Notes: generated by a model from the sequence alone, not told the origin. A DNA stretch of 64,000 nt from a virus (IMGVR_UViG_3300021387_000299:1-64000), one strand, 5' to 3'. Positions 50,201 through 59,561 are shown, counted from the first letter of the stretch. Made by a program: numbers and translations.

Positions 50201-51170
50201 TGCGTTCGATCAAATGATTGATCGTAAACTCTTAATGGCTTGGTATATTTGGGAAACTTGTGATAAGAAAAAGAGAATAACTCTTCAGAATATGGCAGGA
50301 TTGATTAAATATCATGTTTTGCCAGAAAACACAGAGGAGCAGGTAACTGCAAGAAGAATCTTTGAGTTTACAAGATATTTAAAGAAATTGTGTTTAAGTC
50401 CAGATAAAACTTATTATATCTTAACTGATAGAGCATTACAGTTCTTATCAGAAATGGGATATGAAGATATAATCATAAGTAGAAATAATAAATATCTGAT
50501 TGTTGGAAAAAATTGGGATAAAATTTATCAACATTGGATGAATGTTCTTAGAAAATGGATTACGGAAGATAAGGATCAAATTTTGCAAAATTTAAATGAT
50601 AAAATTTTCATAGAAGATTGGGAGAAATATGCAAGTGGAACAATCTCTTCTTGGGAAATGGAAGTATTATGTTTCTATTATCATGAGCATGAATTAGCAA
50701 AATTGAATATGAAGAAATATGGATATGCAAATTTCTATGATCTTCCAGAAAGTCCAGTAGTAGTAAGTGCATTTAAGACAAAGAATGGACATACAATTAG
50801 AAAATATCAGCTCCATGTAATTTGCGGAACTTGTATTGCAAAAGATAAAACAAAATCAACTGTAACTTTATTAACAACTGATGGCGTTGTCGATGTAAAG
50901 TTTAGAAAAGATTATTTTGCATTATTTGACAAACAGATTTCTGCTCTTGGCGCAGATGGCGTTAAGCATGTTATTGAAAAGAGTTGGTTTAATAGAGGAA
51001 ATATGATTGTTGTTCAAGGAATAAGAATGGATGACGCTTTTATTCCAAAGAAATATGCAAATACAGGAATGCCCCATCAATTATATAAAATCACAGAAAT
51101 CTCAGAAGATGGAAGTGAAATTGTGCTACAGTCAACAAGAGCACAGGGGGAATATGACGAAGAAGATTAA
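47265..51170 (+). CDS. dnaE: DNA polymerase III alpha subunit
   Basis: PHP HSHSHYS/TDH, GRGSS, DIDID, KFDFL, GYSF..IH. Confidence 0.95.
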   Translation: MIPRFEVHSHSHYSNFRIIDSINKPKDLINRAIELGLSGIALTDHETLAGAPEINLYAQEIQKTNPNFKIAIGNEIYLTETREKGQKYYHFILISKDKIGWRMLRELSSNSWMQSYSDRGLERVPTLYSELEEIVNKYGKGHLIATSACIGGELSSTILELIKAEKKCKIQNEYENVYNIKTKIHWFMTFMNSLFGDDFYCEIAPGMSPEQIAVNNRMISIANAYNKKIVIGTDAHYLKKEDRYVHEAYLNSKDGEREVASFYEYAYLQSEEDIRKHLEPTELDYEELCENSIEIYNKIENYSIQHKQTIPRVKVKDYPKVTFDTFPETHPILNEMSHSDDIYERYWVWECVNKLDQIGKFNEQYLSRLEEEADVKKTIGEKLGTNMFCYPITLQHYIDMFWDCGSMVGAGRGSSCSGLNHYLLGVTQLDPIKWNLPFFRYLNKERVELGDIDIDLCPSKRPMIIEKIKEERGQHFNPDVSDLARKNLGCTLIATYGTESTKSAILTACRGYRSEEFKNGIDVDQAQYLSALVPSERGFVWPLEDVVYGNAEKDRQPITQFVNEVNNYPGLLDIMMGIQGLVKQRGSHASGVIFFDEDPYEFGAFMKTPGGDIITQFDLHMCESLGMTKFDFLVTDVQDKLVETINLLQKNGEIESDLSLRQIYDKYFHPEIIPLDYKPAWDAIETGGVINIFQFDSAVGAQAAKKIQPKTILELADANGLMRLMTAEKGAETPMDKYVRYKKNIGLWYEEMRKAGLSPEEQKTLEPYFLSSYGVPPSQEQLMRMLMDENICGFGLAEANAARKIVGKKQMNKIPALREKVLTQAKSPQLGRYVWQYGVGPQMGYSFSIIHALAYSFIGYQTAYIGTRFNPIYWNTACLTVNSGSIGGGSTDYKKMAKALGDIMSAGIKVSLVDINKSALGFEPDIENNQILFGLKSMLNVGDDVIERTIAMRPYASPKDYLLRVKPNKQAMISLIKGGAFDQMIDRKLLMAWYIWETCDKKKRITLQNMAGLIKYHVLPENTEEQVTARRIFEFTRYLKKLCLSPDKTYYILTDRALQFLSEMGYEDIIISRNNKYLIVGKNWDKIYQHWMNVLRKWITEDKDQILQNLNDKIFIEDWEKYASGTISSWEMEVLCFYYHEHELAKLNMKKYGYANFYDLPESPVVVSAFKTKNGHTIRKYQLHVICGTCIAKDKTKSTVTLLTTDGVVDVKFRKDYFALFDKQISALGADGVKHVIEKSWFNRGNMIVVQGIRMDDAFIPKKYANTGMPHQLYKITEISEDGSEIVLQSTRAQGEYDEED

Positions 51171-51741
51171 ATTAATTGCTTTAATTGGCAAGGCTGGTGC
51201 TGGTAAAGACTTTTGGTTAAGAAAAATCTGTGATAATGATGAGTCGATGCATGAAATTATTTCATGCACGACTCGTCCCCCAAGGGCTAATGAAGTAAAT
51301 GGTATAAATTATCATTTTTTAACAGAAGAACAATTTCAAAATGAAACTTTTGTAGAATGGTGTTGTTTTAATAATTGGTATTATGGCACACGATGTTCTG
51401 ATTTAGATGAGAACAAAATAAATATTGGAGTTTTTAATTTAAATGGAGTTGAAAGTTTATTAAAATCTGCCGATGTTGATTTATCAGTTATTTATTTCAC
51501 CGCAGAGGATAAGGTTCGTTTGATACGTCAACTTGAAAGAGACGCATCTAATATTGAAGAAATATTCAGAAGATACTTTACAGATAAAGAAGATTTTAAA
51601 GCAACAAGACTTAATAAGATTGAAATTTCACTCCCAAACAATTATTGGGTTATTGATAATTCAATAAATGATTCATATGATAATGATTATTTTATACTAC
51701 AAGAGATAGATGAAATAATTAAAAAGGTCAAAAATAAATAA
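51154..51741 (+). CDS. gmk: guanylate kinase-like protein
   Basis: GKAGAGKD, TTRPPR..E..G..YHF, YGT. Confidence 0.85.
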   Translation: MTKKIKLIALIGKAGAGKDFWLRKICDNDESMHEIISCTTRPPRANEVNGINYHFLTEEQFQNETFVEWCCFNNWYYGTRCSDLDENKINIGVFNLNGVESLLKSADVDLSVIYFTAEDKVRLIRQLERDASNIEEIFRRYFTDKEDFKATRLNKIEISLPNNYWVIDNSINDSYDNDYFILQEIDEIIKKVKNK

Positions 51742-51819
51742 ATTATATATTACAAAAGTTAAATAATATTGAGTCGTAAAGACTCCTTAACATATATAAA
51801 TAATTAGGAGGAGAACGAT

Positions 51820-54048
51820 ATGTTATTAATTATTAAACGAGATGGATCAATCGCAGAATTTGACAAAGAAAAAATTAAGCACGCAGTATTAGCTGCTTTT
51901 GATGAGGTTGATGGTGAAATCACTGATTATGCAATTTCAAAGGCTGACAATATTGCAGAGTTTGTTGAAGAAAAAGCCGATGAATCCGACCATGAATTAA
52001 CAGTTGAAGAAATTCAGGATTTGGTTGAAAATGGACTAATGTCATGCAAGCGCAAGGATGTTGCTAGAGCATATATCCAATATCGCTATGAGCGCACAAA
52101 AGTAAGAGAACATAATACAAAATTCATGCAGGAAGTCGCTCGTAAACTGGATGCTAGTGATGTTCAAAATCAAAACGCGAATGTTGATGAACATTCTTTT
52201 GGCGGTCGTATGGGCGAAGCCAATAGAGCATTAACTAAAAAGTTTGCGCTTGATTATTGCATGTCTGAAATGTCAAGAAATAACCATTTGAATAATTACA
52301 TTTATATCCATGATTTAGATTCATATGCTGTTGGAATGCATAACTGCTTAACAATTCCTTTTGATAAATTGCTTGCGGAAGGATTTAATACTCGTCAAAC
52401 AGATGTGCGCCCGGCCAATTCAGTGAATACAGCATTCCAGCTTGTTGCTGTAATTTTCCAGCTTCAGTCTTTGCAACAGTTTGGCGGCGTTAGTGCAAGT
52501 CATATTGACTGGACTATGGTGCCTTATGTAAGAAAATCGTTTTGTAAACATTATAAAGATGCTGAAAAATACATTTTTGATGATGGTAAAGTTAAAAATT
52601 ACGACGGCCCTATAGATGATAGTTCTTATAAAGAAAATAAAAAAGCCTATGAATATGCTATGGATATGACAAGAAAAGAAATCCATCAAGCTGTTGAAGG
52701 TATGTATCATAATTTAAATACCTTACAGTCTCGTTCTGGTAATCAGTTACCATTTACCAGTATCAACTATGGAACTTGCACGCTTCCAGAAGGCAGAATG
52801 GTCACTGAAGAAATCTTGAATGTTTCTATTGAGGGTCTTGGTAGATTACATAAAACATCTATTTTCCCTTGCGGCATTTTCCAATGTATGAAAGGTGTAA
52901 ATAGAAAACCAGGAGAACCAAATTATGATTTATTCCAGCTTGCGTTAAGATCAACTGCGCAAAGATTATATCCAAACTATGTTAATGTAGATTGGTCTAC
53001 AAACGCTGGTTATGATCGCAATGATCCAACTACATATGTCAGCACAATGGGATGCCGTACGTACAATGGCGTAGATATTAACGCTGAACCTGGCACAAAT
53101 CCGCAGACAAAGGATGGTCGTGGCAATTTAGCACCAGTTACAATTCTACTTCCTTTCTTAGCAATGGAAGCTAGAGAAAATGCAAAAAAGAATAATTCTG
53201 ATGCTATTGATGAGTTCATGAAACTATTGGATATTAAACTTTTTGAAGCAAGAGATATGTTAAAAGAACGCTATGAATGGATGTGCTCTCAATCTCCAGA
53301 TTCAGCTAAATTTATGTATGAGAATGGCACAATGCTTGGTTATAAACCAGAAGAGGGAATTAGAAGTGCGCTTAAGCATGGAACTCTTGTAATCGGTCAG
53401 TTGGGAATGGCTGAAACGTTACAAGCATTAATTGGTTGTGATCATACTGATGAAAGAGGAATGGCTTTAGCAAAGCGCATTGAACAGTTATTTAAAGATA
53501 GATGCACTCAATTCAAGCAGGAAGAGCATTTGAATTTTGGAGTTTATTATACTCCAGCAGAAAATTTATGCTATACTGCAATGAAAGCATTTAAAAAGAA
53601 ATATGGAGTAATTCCAAGAGTATCTGAACATGAATTCTTTACAAATAGTATTCATGTTCCAGTTTGGAAACAAATGTCTCCATTTGAAAAGATTGATATT
53701 GAATCTCAGTTAACTGGATATTCAAATGCTGGATGTATTACATATGTTGAACTTGATGCTAGTGCAAAAAATAATTTACAAGCATTAGAACAAATTGTTA
53801 ATTATGCAATGGATAAAGATATTCCTTACTTTGCTATTAATGTGCCAAATGATACTTGTCTTGATTGTGGATATACTGATGATATGAATGGAGTTTGTCC
53901 TATTTGCGGCAGCCATCATATCCAAGAGTTAAGAAGAGTTACAGGTTATTTAACAGGAGATTATAAAACTGCTTTTAATGAAGGAAAGCAGCAAGAAGTT
54001 GAATTGCGCTATAAGCATTCAAATTCATTAAATAATTGGAGGAGATAA
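51820..54048 (+). CDS. nrdD: anaerobic ribonucleotide reductase large subunit
   Basis: ATP cone IKRDG, HNC, MGCR, CxxC-CxxC, RRVTGYL. Confidence 0.95.
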   Translation: MLLIIKRDGSIAEFDKEKIKHAVLAAFDEVDGEITDYAISKADNIAEFVEEKADESDHELTVEEIQDLVENGLMSCKRKDVARAYIQYRYERTKVREHNTKFMQEVARKLDASDVQNQNANVDEHSFGGRMGEANRALTKKFALDYCMSEMSRNNHLNNYIYIHDLDSYAVGMHNCLTIPFDKLLAEGFNTRQTDVRPANSVNTAFQLVAVIFQLQSLQQFGGVSASHIDWTMVPYVRKSFCKHYKDAEKYIFDDGKVKNYDGPIDDSSYKENKKAYEYAMDMTRKEIHQAVEGMYHNLNTLQSRSGNQLPFTSINYGTCTLPEGRMVTEEILNVSIEGLGRLHKTSIFPCGIFQCMKGVNRKPGEPNYDLFQLALRSTAQRLYPNYVNVDWSTNAGYDRNDPTTYVSTMGCRTYNGVDINAEPGTNPQTKDGRGNLAPVTILLPFLAMEARENAKKNNSDAIDEFMKLLDIKLFEARDMLKERYEWMCSQSPDSAKFMYENGTMLGYKPEEGIRSALKHGTLVIGQLGMAETLQALIGCDHTDERGMALAKRIEQLFKDRCTQFKQEEHLNFGVYYTPAENLCYTAMKAFKKKYGVIPRVSEHEFFTNSIHVPVWKQMSPFEKIDIESQLTGYSNAGCITYVELDASAKNNLQALEQIVNYAMDKDIPYFAINVPNDTCLDCGYTDDMNGVCPICGSHHIQELRRVTGYLTGDYKTAFNEGKQQEVELRYKHSNSLNNWRR

Positions 54049-54049
54049 T

Positions 54050-54541
54050 ATGTTACGCTATGCCGGATTAGTTAAAAATGATATTGCTGATGGACCTGGC
54101 GTGTGCGTTTCATTTTGGACCCAGGGATGTCCTCATAAATGTCCTGGATGTCATAACCCAGAAACTTGGGATTTTGAAGGTGGGAAAGAACTTCCAAACA
54201 ATATACTTGATCAAATAGATGAAGCAATTGTCGCGAATGGGATTCAAAGAAATTTTTCTATCTTAGGCGGAGAACCTCTTTGTATAGAAAATATTTCTTT
54301 AGTGTTTATTCTAGTTGATCATATACGAAAAAAATTTCCAGACATTAAAATTTCAATTTGGACTGGATATACCTTAGAGCAATTAAAACAGTTAGATTAT
54401 TATAAGCCATTTATCAAACCGATACTAGCATTAATAGATGTTTTAATTGATGGACCATATATCGCAGAACAGCGAGATATTACGCTACCACTTAGGGGTA
54501 GCCGCAATCAAAGAATTTTATATAAAAATAAAGATTTTTAA
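54050..54541 (+). CDS. nrdG: anaerobic RNR activase
   Basis: GCPHKCPGCHN, GGEP, RGSRNQ. Confidence 0.95.
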   Translation: MLRYAGLVKNDIADGPGVCVSFWTQGCPHKCPGCHNPETWDFEGGKELPNNILDQIDEAIVANGIQRNFSILGGEPLCIENISLVFILVDHIRKKFPDIKISIWTGYTLEQLKQLDYYKPFIKPILALIDVLIDGPYIAEQRDITLPLRGSRNQRILYKNKDF

Positions 54542-54550
54542 GGAGGATTT

Positions 54551-54793
54551 ATGTCTAAAACATTGAGTTGTGAAATAAATCCTTTCTGAAAACAACAAAC
54601 TTTAACAGATAATTATACAGGAAAAGAGTATCTGGTAACAACAAAAGAGATACCAGATACTCTTTATTTTTTGTTTTCAAAAGGAGACGTTGAAAAAGTT
54701 CAACTAACAGGAGCCTATTTTGATTGCTTTGATATAATATATAAGTTTGAAAATAGATTCCCAAAATGTAAATTAGAATTCGAGGTATTATAA
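54551..54793 (+). CDS. hypothetical protein (TGA at 54587)
   Basis: RBS aggagg; 80 aa when TGA is read through; resembles 55733 ORF. Confidence 0.6.
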
Positions 54794-54794
54794 T

Positions 54795-54959
54795 ATGAAT
54801 TTAATAATAGTATCACAAATAATAAAAATAATACTCGCAGCGATCGCGGGAACTTTAAGTTTATTAAAATTCAATGAAAAAGATGAGCGCATTTGCGTTT
54901 ATTGGCTTTTAGTAACTTTCTACTGGATCATTAACTTTTTGCAAGGACTTCCATTATAA
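54795..54959 (+). CDS. small membrane protein
   Basis: RBS gaggt; two hydrophobic segments. Confidence 0.5.
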   Translation: MNLIIVSQIIKIILAAIAGTLSLLKFNEKDERICVYWLLVTFYWIINFLQGLPL

Positions 54960-54999
54960 AGTCCTTGCATTTTTTTTATTTTTATGATATAATAATTAT

Positions 55000-55233
55000 A
55001 TGAATGAAAAAGATAAACAAATAGAACGCTTTTTATTAAGTTTAGTAGCAGTTCATACTAGAGATGTTTTAGATTTAGATAATAACATTAAAGTGTCAAT
55101 TGAAGATTCTGAACTTAATAAAGATAGTGTAAAGAGAAGAGTAATTATAGATTTTCCTAGCATTGAATCTTGGGGTCAAGCAACAAATATGTGGGCATCA
55201 TGGAAAAATGCTTATAAGCATCGTAAGAGGTAG
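55000..55233 (+). CDS. hypothetical protein
   Basis: Apparently leaderless after promoter. Confidence 0.6.
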   Translation: MNEKDKQIERFLLSLVAVHTRDVLDLDNNIKVSIEDSELNKDSVKRRVIIDFPSIESWGQATNMWASWKNAYKHRKR

Positions 55234-55235
55234 CT

Positions 55236-55742
55236 ATGCTAAAAATAAAAGATTTAAAAACATTGATGAAACTAAGAGCCAACAATAAGAATGGAGAAAC
55301 GGCTCTTGTAGAAGAAACAAAAACCTTATATAAGTGGGATGGAGAGAACTGGAATATTTATAAGCCAGAAGGTGGCATTAAGGCTAATCTATATGAATTA
55401 AATCAAGGAGCAATGACCGCAGCTCCAGCCATGGAGACAGAAGCTATCGAAACCGCAAAAAAGAAAATTGCTGATTTCGTTGCTGTATGTAATTCAAAAT
55501 ATTTTATGTTATTAAATAAAGAACGCAGTTATTATACAGTGTTTAATATTGGATATGATACTGGTACAGATTTCAATTATCACAAAATCGAAGATGAAGT
55601 AATTGAATGCTTAGAAAGTCAAGGTATTATTAAAGATATTGATAATGTTGAAAATGGTATTGAATGCTGGATTACAATAGATGATAATTCATATGTTTAT
55701 TACTTGTTTGATTATCAAGGAGGTGTTATAAGATGCCAATAA
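55236..55742 (+). CDS. hypothetical protein
   Basis: RBS gaggt. Confidence 0.75.
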   Translation: MLKIKDLKTLMKLRANNKNGETALVEETKTLYKWDGENWNIYKPEGGIKANLYELNQGAMTAAPAMETEAIETAKKKIADFVAVCNSKYFMLLNKERSYYTVFNIGYDTGTDFNYHKIEDEVIECLESQGIIKDIDNVENGIECWITIDDNSYVYYLFDYQGGVIRCQ

Positions 55743-55990
55743 TTACTTGTGGATTAAATATTTTTGATTATGATCAAACCGTTTATCTAATGAAAGATGA
55801 TAAAACGATGGAGCCTTTGGGTAAATCAACTTTGGAAAATTTAGATCATTTTATTGTTACTTGTTGCGGTAAATATGATATAAATAAAGTAAGATTGGTT
55901 GGATTGCAGCAATACACCCAGCCGTTAAAAAATAGAATTGAAAAAGAAAGTGTTGCTCGATATAGCAAAAAGATTGAGGTAGAAATTTAA
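55733..55990 (+). CDS. hypothetical protein
   Basis: RBS aggaggt. Confidence 0.7.
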   Translation: MPIITCGLNIFDYDQTVYLMKDDKTMEPLGKSTLENLDHFIVTCCGKYDINKVRLVGLQQYTQPLKNRIEKESVARYSKKIEVEI

Positions 55991-56244
55991 TGAGTAAGTT
56001 TTTAGTTAGTACAGTGGAAACATATCGTGTTGATTCCGATGAGGAAGCAAAAAATTTAATTGAAGAAGCAAAAAAATCTTCTATGTTCGAATTAGGCAAA
56101 TATAGTTCTGAATATAAGACAAGAAGCGCAAAAGGTGAAATTGTTGATGAATATTATAAAGTTGTTCTCACAAAGACATTTAATGATATTAAAGAGCCTG
56201 ATCGACATATTAAAGTTGATTATGATGTAGATTATAATATGTAA
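55990..56244 (+). CDS. hypothetical protein
   Basis: TAATG coupling. Confidence 0.75.
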   Translation: MSKFLVSTVETYRVDSDEEAKNLIEEAKKSSMFELGKYSSEYKTRSAKGEIVDEYYKVVLTKTFNDIKEPDRHIKVDYDVDYNM

Positions 56245-56254
56245 GGAGTTTTAA

Positions 56255-56800
56255 ATGAGTAAATTTGAAGTAGTAAGTAAATATATTGGAGAAAACGGTA
56301 ATACAGCTATTCATCTTCCAGTTCGTGCAACTGAACATAGTGCAGGATATGATTTTGCAGCTGCGCAGGATGTTATCATTCCATCAATGAGAGAAATTAT
56401 GAATACATTTGAAGACTATGTTGCAAAAAAGATTCCTTATTCATATGAAGATATTAAGGCTGTAACAAAAGCAACAGGATTTAGACCTACTTTAATTCCT
56501 ACTGGAATTAAGTGTCAACTTGATGTTGGTAAGTATCTTGAAATTTCTGTTAGAAGTTCTACTCCTCTTAATGGTTGGGTCATTCTTGCTAATGGAGTAG
56601 GCATTATTGATGGAGATTATTACAACAATCCAGATAATGAAGGCGAAATTTTCTTCCAGGTTATTAACCTCTCTCCAGTAGATATTGTGATTAACGCTGG
56701 AGATAAAATTGGTCAAGGTATTATTAAATCATATGACAAAGTTGAAGGAGACGATGTCACAACCAAGAGAATTGGAGGCTTAGGCTCTACTAATGCCTAA
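56255..56800 (+). CDS. dut: dUTPase
   Basis: SAGYD, RSS, GIIDGDY, QG, RIGGLGST. Confidence 0.93.
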   Translation: MSKFEVVSKYIGENGNTAIHLPVRATEHSAGYDFAAAQDVIIPSMREIMNTFEDYVAKKIPYSYEDIKAVTKATGFRPTLIPTGIKCQLDVGKYLEISVRSSTPLNGWVILANGVGIIDGDYYNNPDNEGEIFFQVINLSPVDIVINAGDKIGQGIIKSYDKVEGDDVTTKRIGGLGSTNA

Positions 56801-57311
56801 TATCTTGGCTCTTGACCAAGCTTCACGCGTCTCTGGATGATCGGTCTTTATAGATGGAGAATTAAAAGACTGAGGACATTTAACAACAAATCAAGAGGAC
56901 GTAGGTGAACGTCTTCTTGATATTCATAATTTTATCATTAAAAAAGTCCAAGAGTGAAATATAGATACAATTGCTTTTGAAGATATACAATTGCAGTCGT
57001 CAGTTGGGAACAACGTAAAAACATTCAAAGTATTAGCAAATGTTTACGGTGTAGTTCAAATGACTGCTGTACAGCTTAATAAAAATTACAAGGTGATACC
57101 ATCTTCAACGTGAAAATCTAAATTACAAATTAAAGGACGAACAAGACCTGAGCAAAAACGCAATGCCCAACAATATGTGCTCCAAAAGTATGGAGTTAAA
57201 GCGACGCAGGATGAATGCGATGCCATATGCATCGGTACTTGCGCAAGCCTGGTTCAGGGATCGGATGAGCGAATCGCCGCAAATGAAAATGGATTTGATT
57301 GGTCAGAATAA
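56793..57311 (+). CDS. ruvC: RuvC-like Holliday junction resolvase, 4 in-frame TGA (absent from ORF track)
   Basis: ILALDQAS..SG*, FED, PSST*KS, DECDAICIG; TGA at 56838, 56871, 56955, 57111. Confidence 0.88.
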
Positions 57312-57368
57312 TTAAAGGTGCTATGCACCTTTTTTATTTTATAAGAAATAATAAAGGGGGATTTTAAC

Positions 57369-57959
57369 ATGACAATTACCGCAGATGCAGTTTTAACATA
57401 CATCCTTGTTGCTGTTGGTGGCTTTTTAGTAAAGGTAATACTTGATAAAATTAAACAATCAGCAGAAGATAAAACAGATAAGGCTCGTAGATTTGAAGAA
57501 CAGTCATGGAAAACAGAAATTACAAAAATTGTTAGAGAAGAAAACTTATCATTAAAAAAAGAATTAAGTAATAGAATTGAAGAAATTCAAAAAGAAAATA
57601 GAAAAAATTATGATTATTGGCAAAAAATGTATTGGGATGCCGTTGATCGTTTAGAAAAAGTTCAGAAAAAATTTGAAAATCTTGAAAAACAAGATATTAT
57701 TTTTTACAGAAATTTGTTAATTGATACTTGTAAAGAATATATAGCAAAGGGTGAACTCACAGAATATCAATTCGATAGATTAACAGAGTGGTATAAGATT
57801 TATAAAGAACTTGGTGGAAACCATCAAGGTGATTTATATTATAAGAAAGCAGTTGCTTTACCAATTATTCCAGATAAGCATTCTGAAGAAGATCAAAAAA
57901 TGCATAGTATCTTTGACTACGAAGATTTAGTTGAATCAGAAAACAAAAATAAGGGATAA
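57369..57959 (+). CDS. membrane-anchored holin-like phage protein
   Basis: N-term TM, coiled coil, YKELGGN motif. Confidence 0.6.
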   Translation: MTITADAVLTYILVAVGGFLVKVILDKIKQSAEDKTDKARRFEEQSWKTEITKIVREENLSLKKELSNRIEEIQKENRKNYDYWQKMYWDAVDRLEKVQKKFENLEKQDIIFYRNLLIDTCKEYIAKGELTEYQFDRLTEWYKIYKELGGNHQGDLYYKKAVALPIIPDKHSEEDQKMHSIFDYEDLVESENKNKG

Positions 57960-57990
57960 CCTATAATTTAGGTTATCCCTTATTTTTTTT
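57945..57990. terminator. bidirectional terminator at strand convergence
   Basis: aaaaataagggataaccta/taggttatcccttattttt. Confidence 0.85.
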
Positions 57991-58390
57991 ATGCTTGTCT
58001 TGTAAACTTAATTACATTTACCTGCTCTTGGATTAATTGAGAAATATAGAAGTCAAGATCTGTATAAACTTCAGTTAAGACCTTCTGCATTTCCTCAGTT
58101 AATAAAGCTTTAATTGCATCAAATGTCTTATGATAAGCAATATCATGTTCTTCTGGGCCAAATCTACCCTGTTCTTTTAATTCATCAACGTAGGTTTGAT
58201 TTGTAGCAATAACGCAAGTTTCAACAATTCCCATTAACATATCTGAATACTTGTTAAATAATTCATTTTGTGAATTATCTTGCATTTCTTTAACCTTCTT
58301 CCGCATAAAAGCAATACCATAAGTGCAAAGAATACCAATTAAAGGTAATAAACAAGTAAAGAAAATTTCTTGTAATAGCGCAGCTGTCAT
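57989..58390 (-). CDS. LL-H-like holin
   Basis: Single N-term TM, V.ATNQTYVD.LK..G.F; RBS aaggag. Confidence 0.65.
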   Translation of the reverse strand: MTAALLQEIFFTCLLPLIGILCTYGIAFMRKKVKEMQDNSQNELFNKYSDMLMGIVETCVIATNQTYVDELKEQGRFGPEEHDIAYHKTFDAIKALLTEEMQKVLTEVYTDLDFYISQLIQEQVNVIKFTRQA

Positions 58391-58411
58391 TATCTTTCTC
58401 CTTAATAAAAA

Positions 58412-58506
58412 TGGCGGGGGATGTAGGACTCGAACCCACACCCGCGGCTATGGACACCGCTACCCTGGTTTTGAAGACCAGTGTGCTACCATTACACTAA
58501 TCCCCC
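58412..58506 (-). tRNA. opal suppressor tRNA(UCA), Trp-like body with a 25-nt extra arm
   Basis: Reverse complement: gggggat-ta-gtgt-aatggta-gcac-a-ctggt-ctTCAaa-accag-[25 nt]-gtggg-ttcgagt-cctac-atccccc-g-cca. Confidence 0.93.
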
Positions 58507-58533
58507 ATAAGGGTAGAGAACTTTCGCACTCTA

Positions 58534-58905
58534 CTATGCTTTAGTAACTGTTAATTTAGTTACTTCTGGCTCTTTTTTAAATAAATTAATATAAAGCAAT
58601 CCATCTTTAACTTCATATGTTACAGACTTAAACATGTCTGCTTTAATATCAAATTTAGAGCTTACTTTATAATCATAGTTTAAAAGATCATTATGAGTGA
58701 CGCCTTCAATCACCAATCTATCACGACCATCCTCATTAACAATATCTACCTTAACATCATCTTCTTTAACACCAACGATATTATGGACAAGAACAACTCT
58801 ATCTTCAAGAGTTTTAATTGAATAAGGCTTCATGTCATGAACAGGACGGCTAAAAGTATACGCTGGTTTATCCCAGTCGAAAAAAGAATCTAAATCAAAC
58901 ATCAT
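58534..58905 (-). CDS. small heat-shock protein (Hsp20/alpha-crystallin)
   Basis: GVKEDDVKV...LVIEG...DGLLYINL.K. Confidence 0.75.
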   Translation of the reverse strand: MMFDLDSFFDWDKPAYTFSRPVHDMKPYSIKTLEDRVVLVHNIVGVKEDDVKVDIVNEDGRDRLVIEGVTHNDLLNYDYKVSSKFDIKADMFKSVTYEVKDGLLYINLFKKEPEVTKLTVTKA

Positions 58906-58919
58906 ATTAAAAAATCCTC

Positions 58920-59141
58920 CTAAAAAGTTTCTAAAATAAGACCCTGAGCTAAATCATTATAAACAGTTTTATAATTAAAACGCTCTGTTATCATCCAAGT
59001 AGGTTTTCCATTTTCCAAAAAACTCTCTTGACGTGGATCTTGAACTATAATTTGCAAGGTAAAAGATTCTGGATATATAAATCTAAACAAGAAGTTCTCT
59101 ACCTTTTTTAATTGTTCATAGTTATCTACTCTTAATTCCAT
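58920..59141 (-). CDS. hypothetical protein
   Basis: RBS aaggag. Confidence 0.7.
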   Translation of the reverse strand: MELRVDNYEQLKKVENFLFRFIYPESFTLQIIVQDPRQESFLENGKPTWMITERFNYKTVYNDLAQGLILETF

Positions 59142-59164
59142 CTATCTTTCTCCTTACAATTGTT

Positions 59165-59193
59165 ATTATACAAAAATTTTCTAGTGAAGTCAA
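59165..59193 (-). promoter_or_regulatory. sigmaA promoter for the orf-hsp20-suppressor tRNA-holin unit
   Basis: TTGACT-17-TATAAT on the minus strand. Confidence 0.75.
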
Positions 59194-59219
59194 TAAAAAA
59201 AAAGAGGATTAATTAAAAA

Positions 59220-59531
59220 TTAATCCTCTTCTATGCTGTTATTTTGTTGAAATTGTCTTCAAGAGGTTAACTGACCATATAATTCAAACATATAGTTAGA
59301 GCCTCTTGATAAAATTATTGCAGTAGCAATTATACCAATAATGGGCCATTGTTCAACAAAACCTAACATTACAAAGAAATTAAGACTCATATCATAGCAA
59401 AGTAAGCCACTTAAAATCAAAGCAACAATAATTTGTCATTGAATAGAACCATTTTTATAAATTTGTTGTCCATATGAAATTAAGCCTTCAATAAGAATAG
59501 CTACAGCAATGAATGGAAAAAAACCGCTCAT
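59220..59531 (-). CDS. holin-like 3-TM protein, 2 in-frame TGA (absent from ORF track)
   Basis: MSGFFPFIAVAILIEG...IQ*QII...LSRGSNYMFEL; directly follows endolysin; RBS aagggg. Confidence 0.75.
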
Positions 59532-59561
59532 AATATTTAACCCCTTTATTCTTATTTACAT

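Noticed and set aside
58412-58506. tRNA-Sec / selenoprotein explanation for the TGAs
   Set aside because: 7-bp acceptor and 4-bp D stem, no sel genes in the window, and TGAs align with Trp rather than Cys
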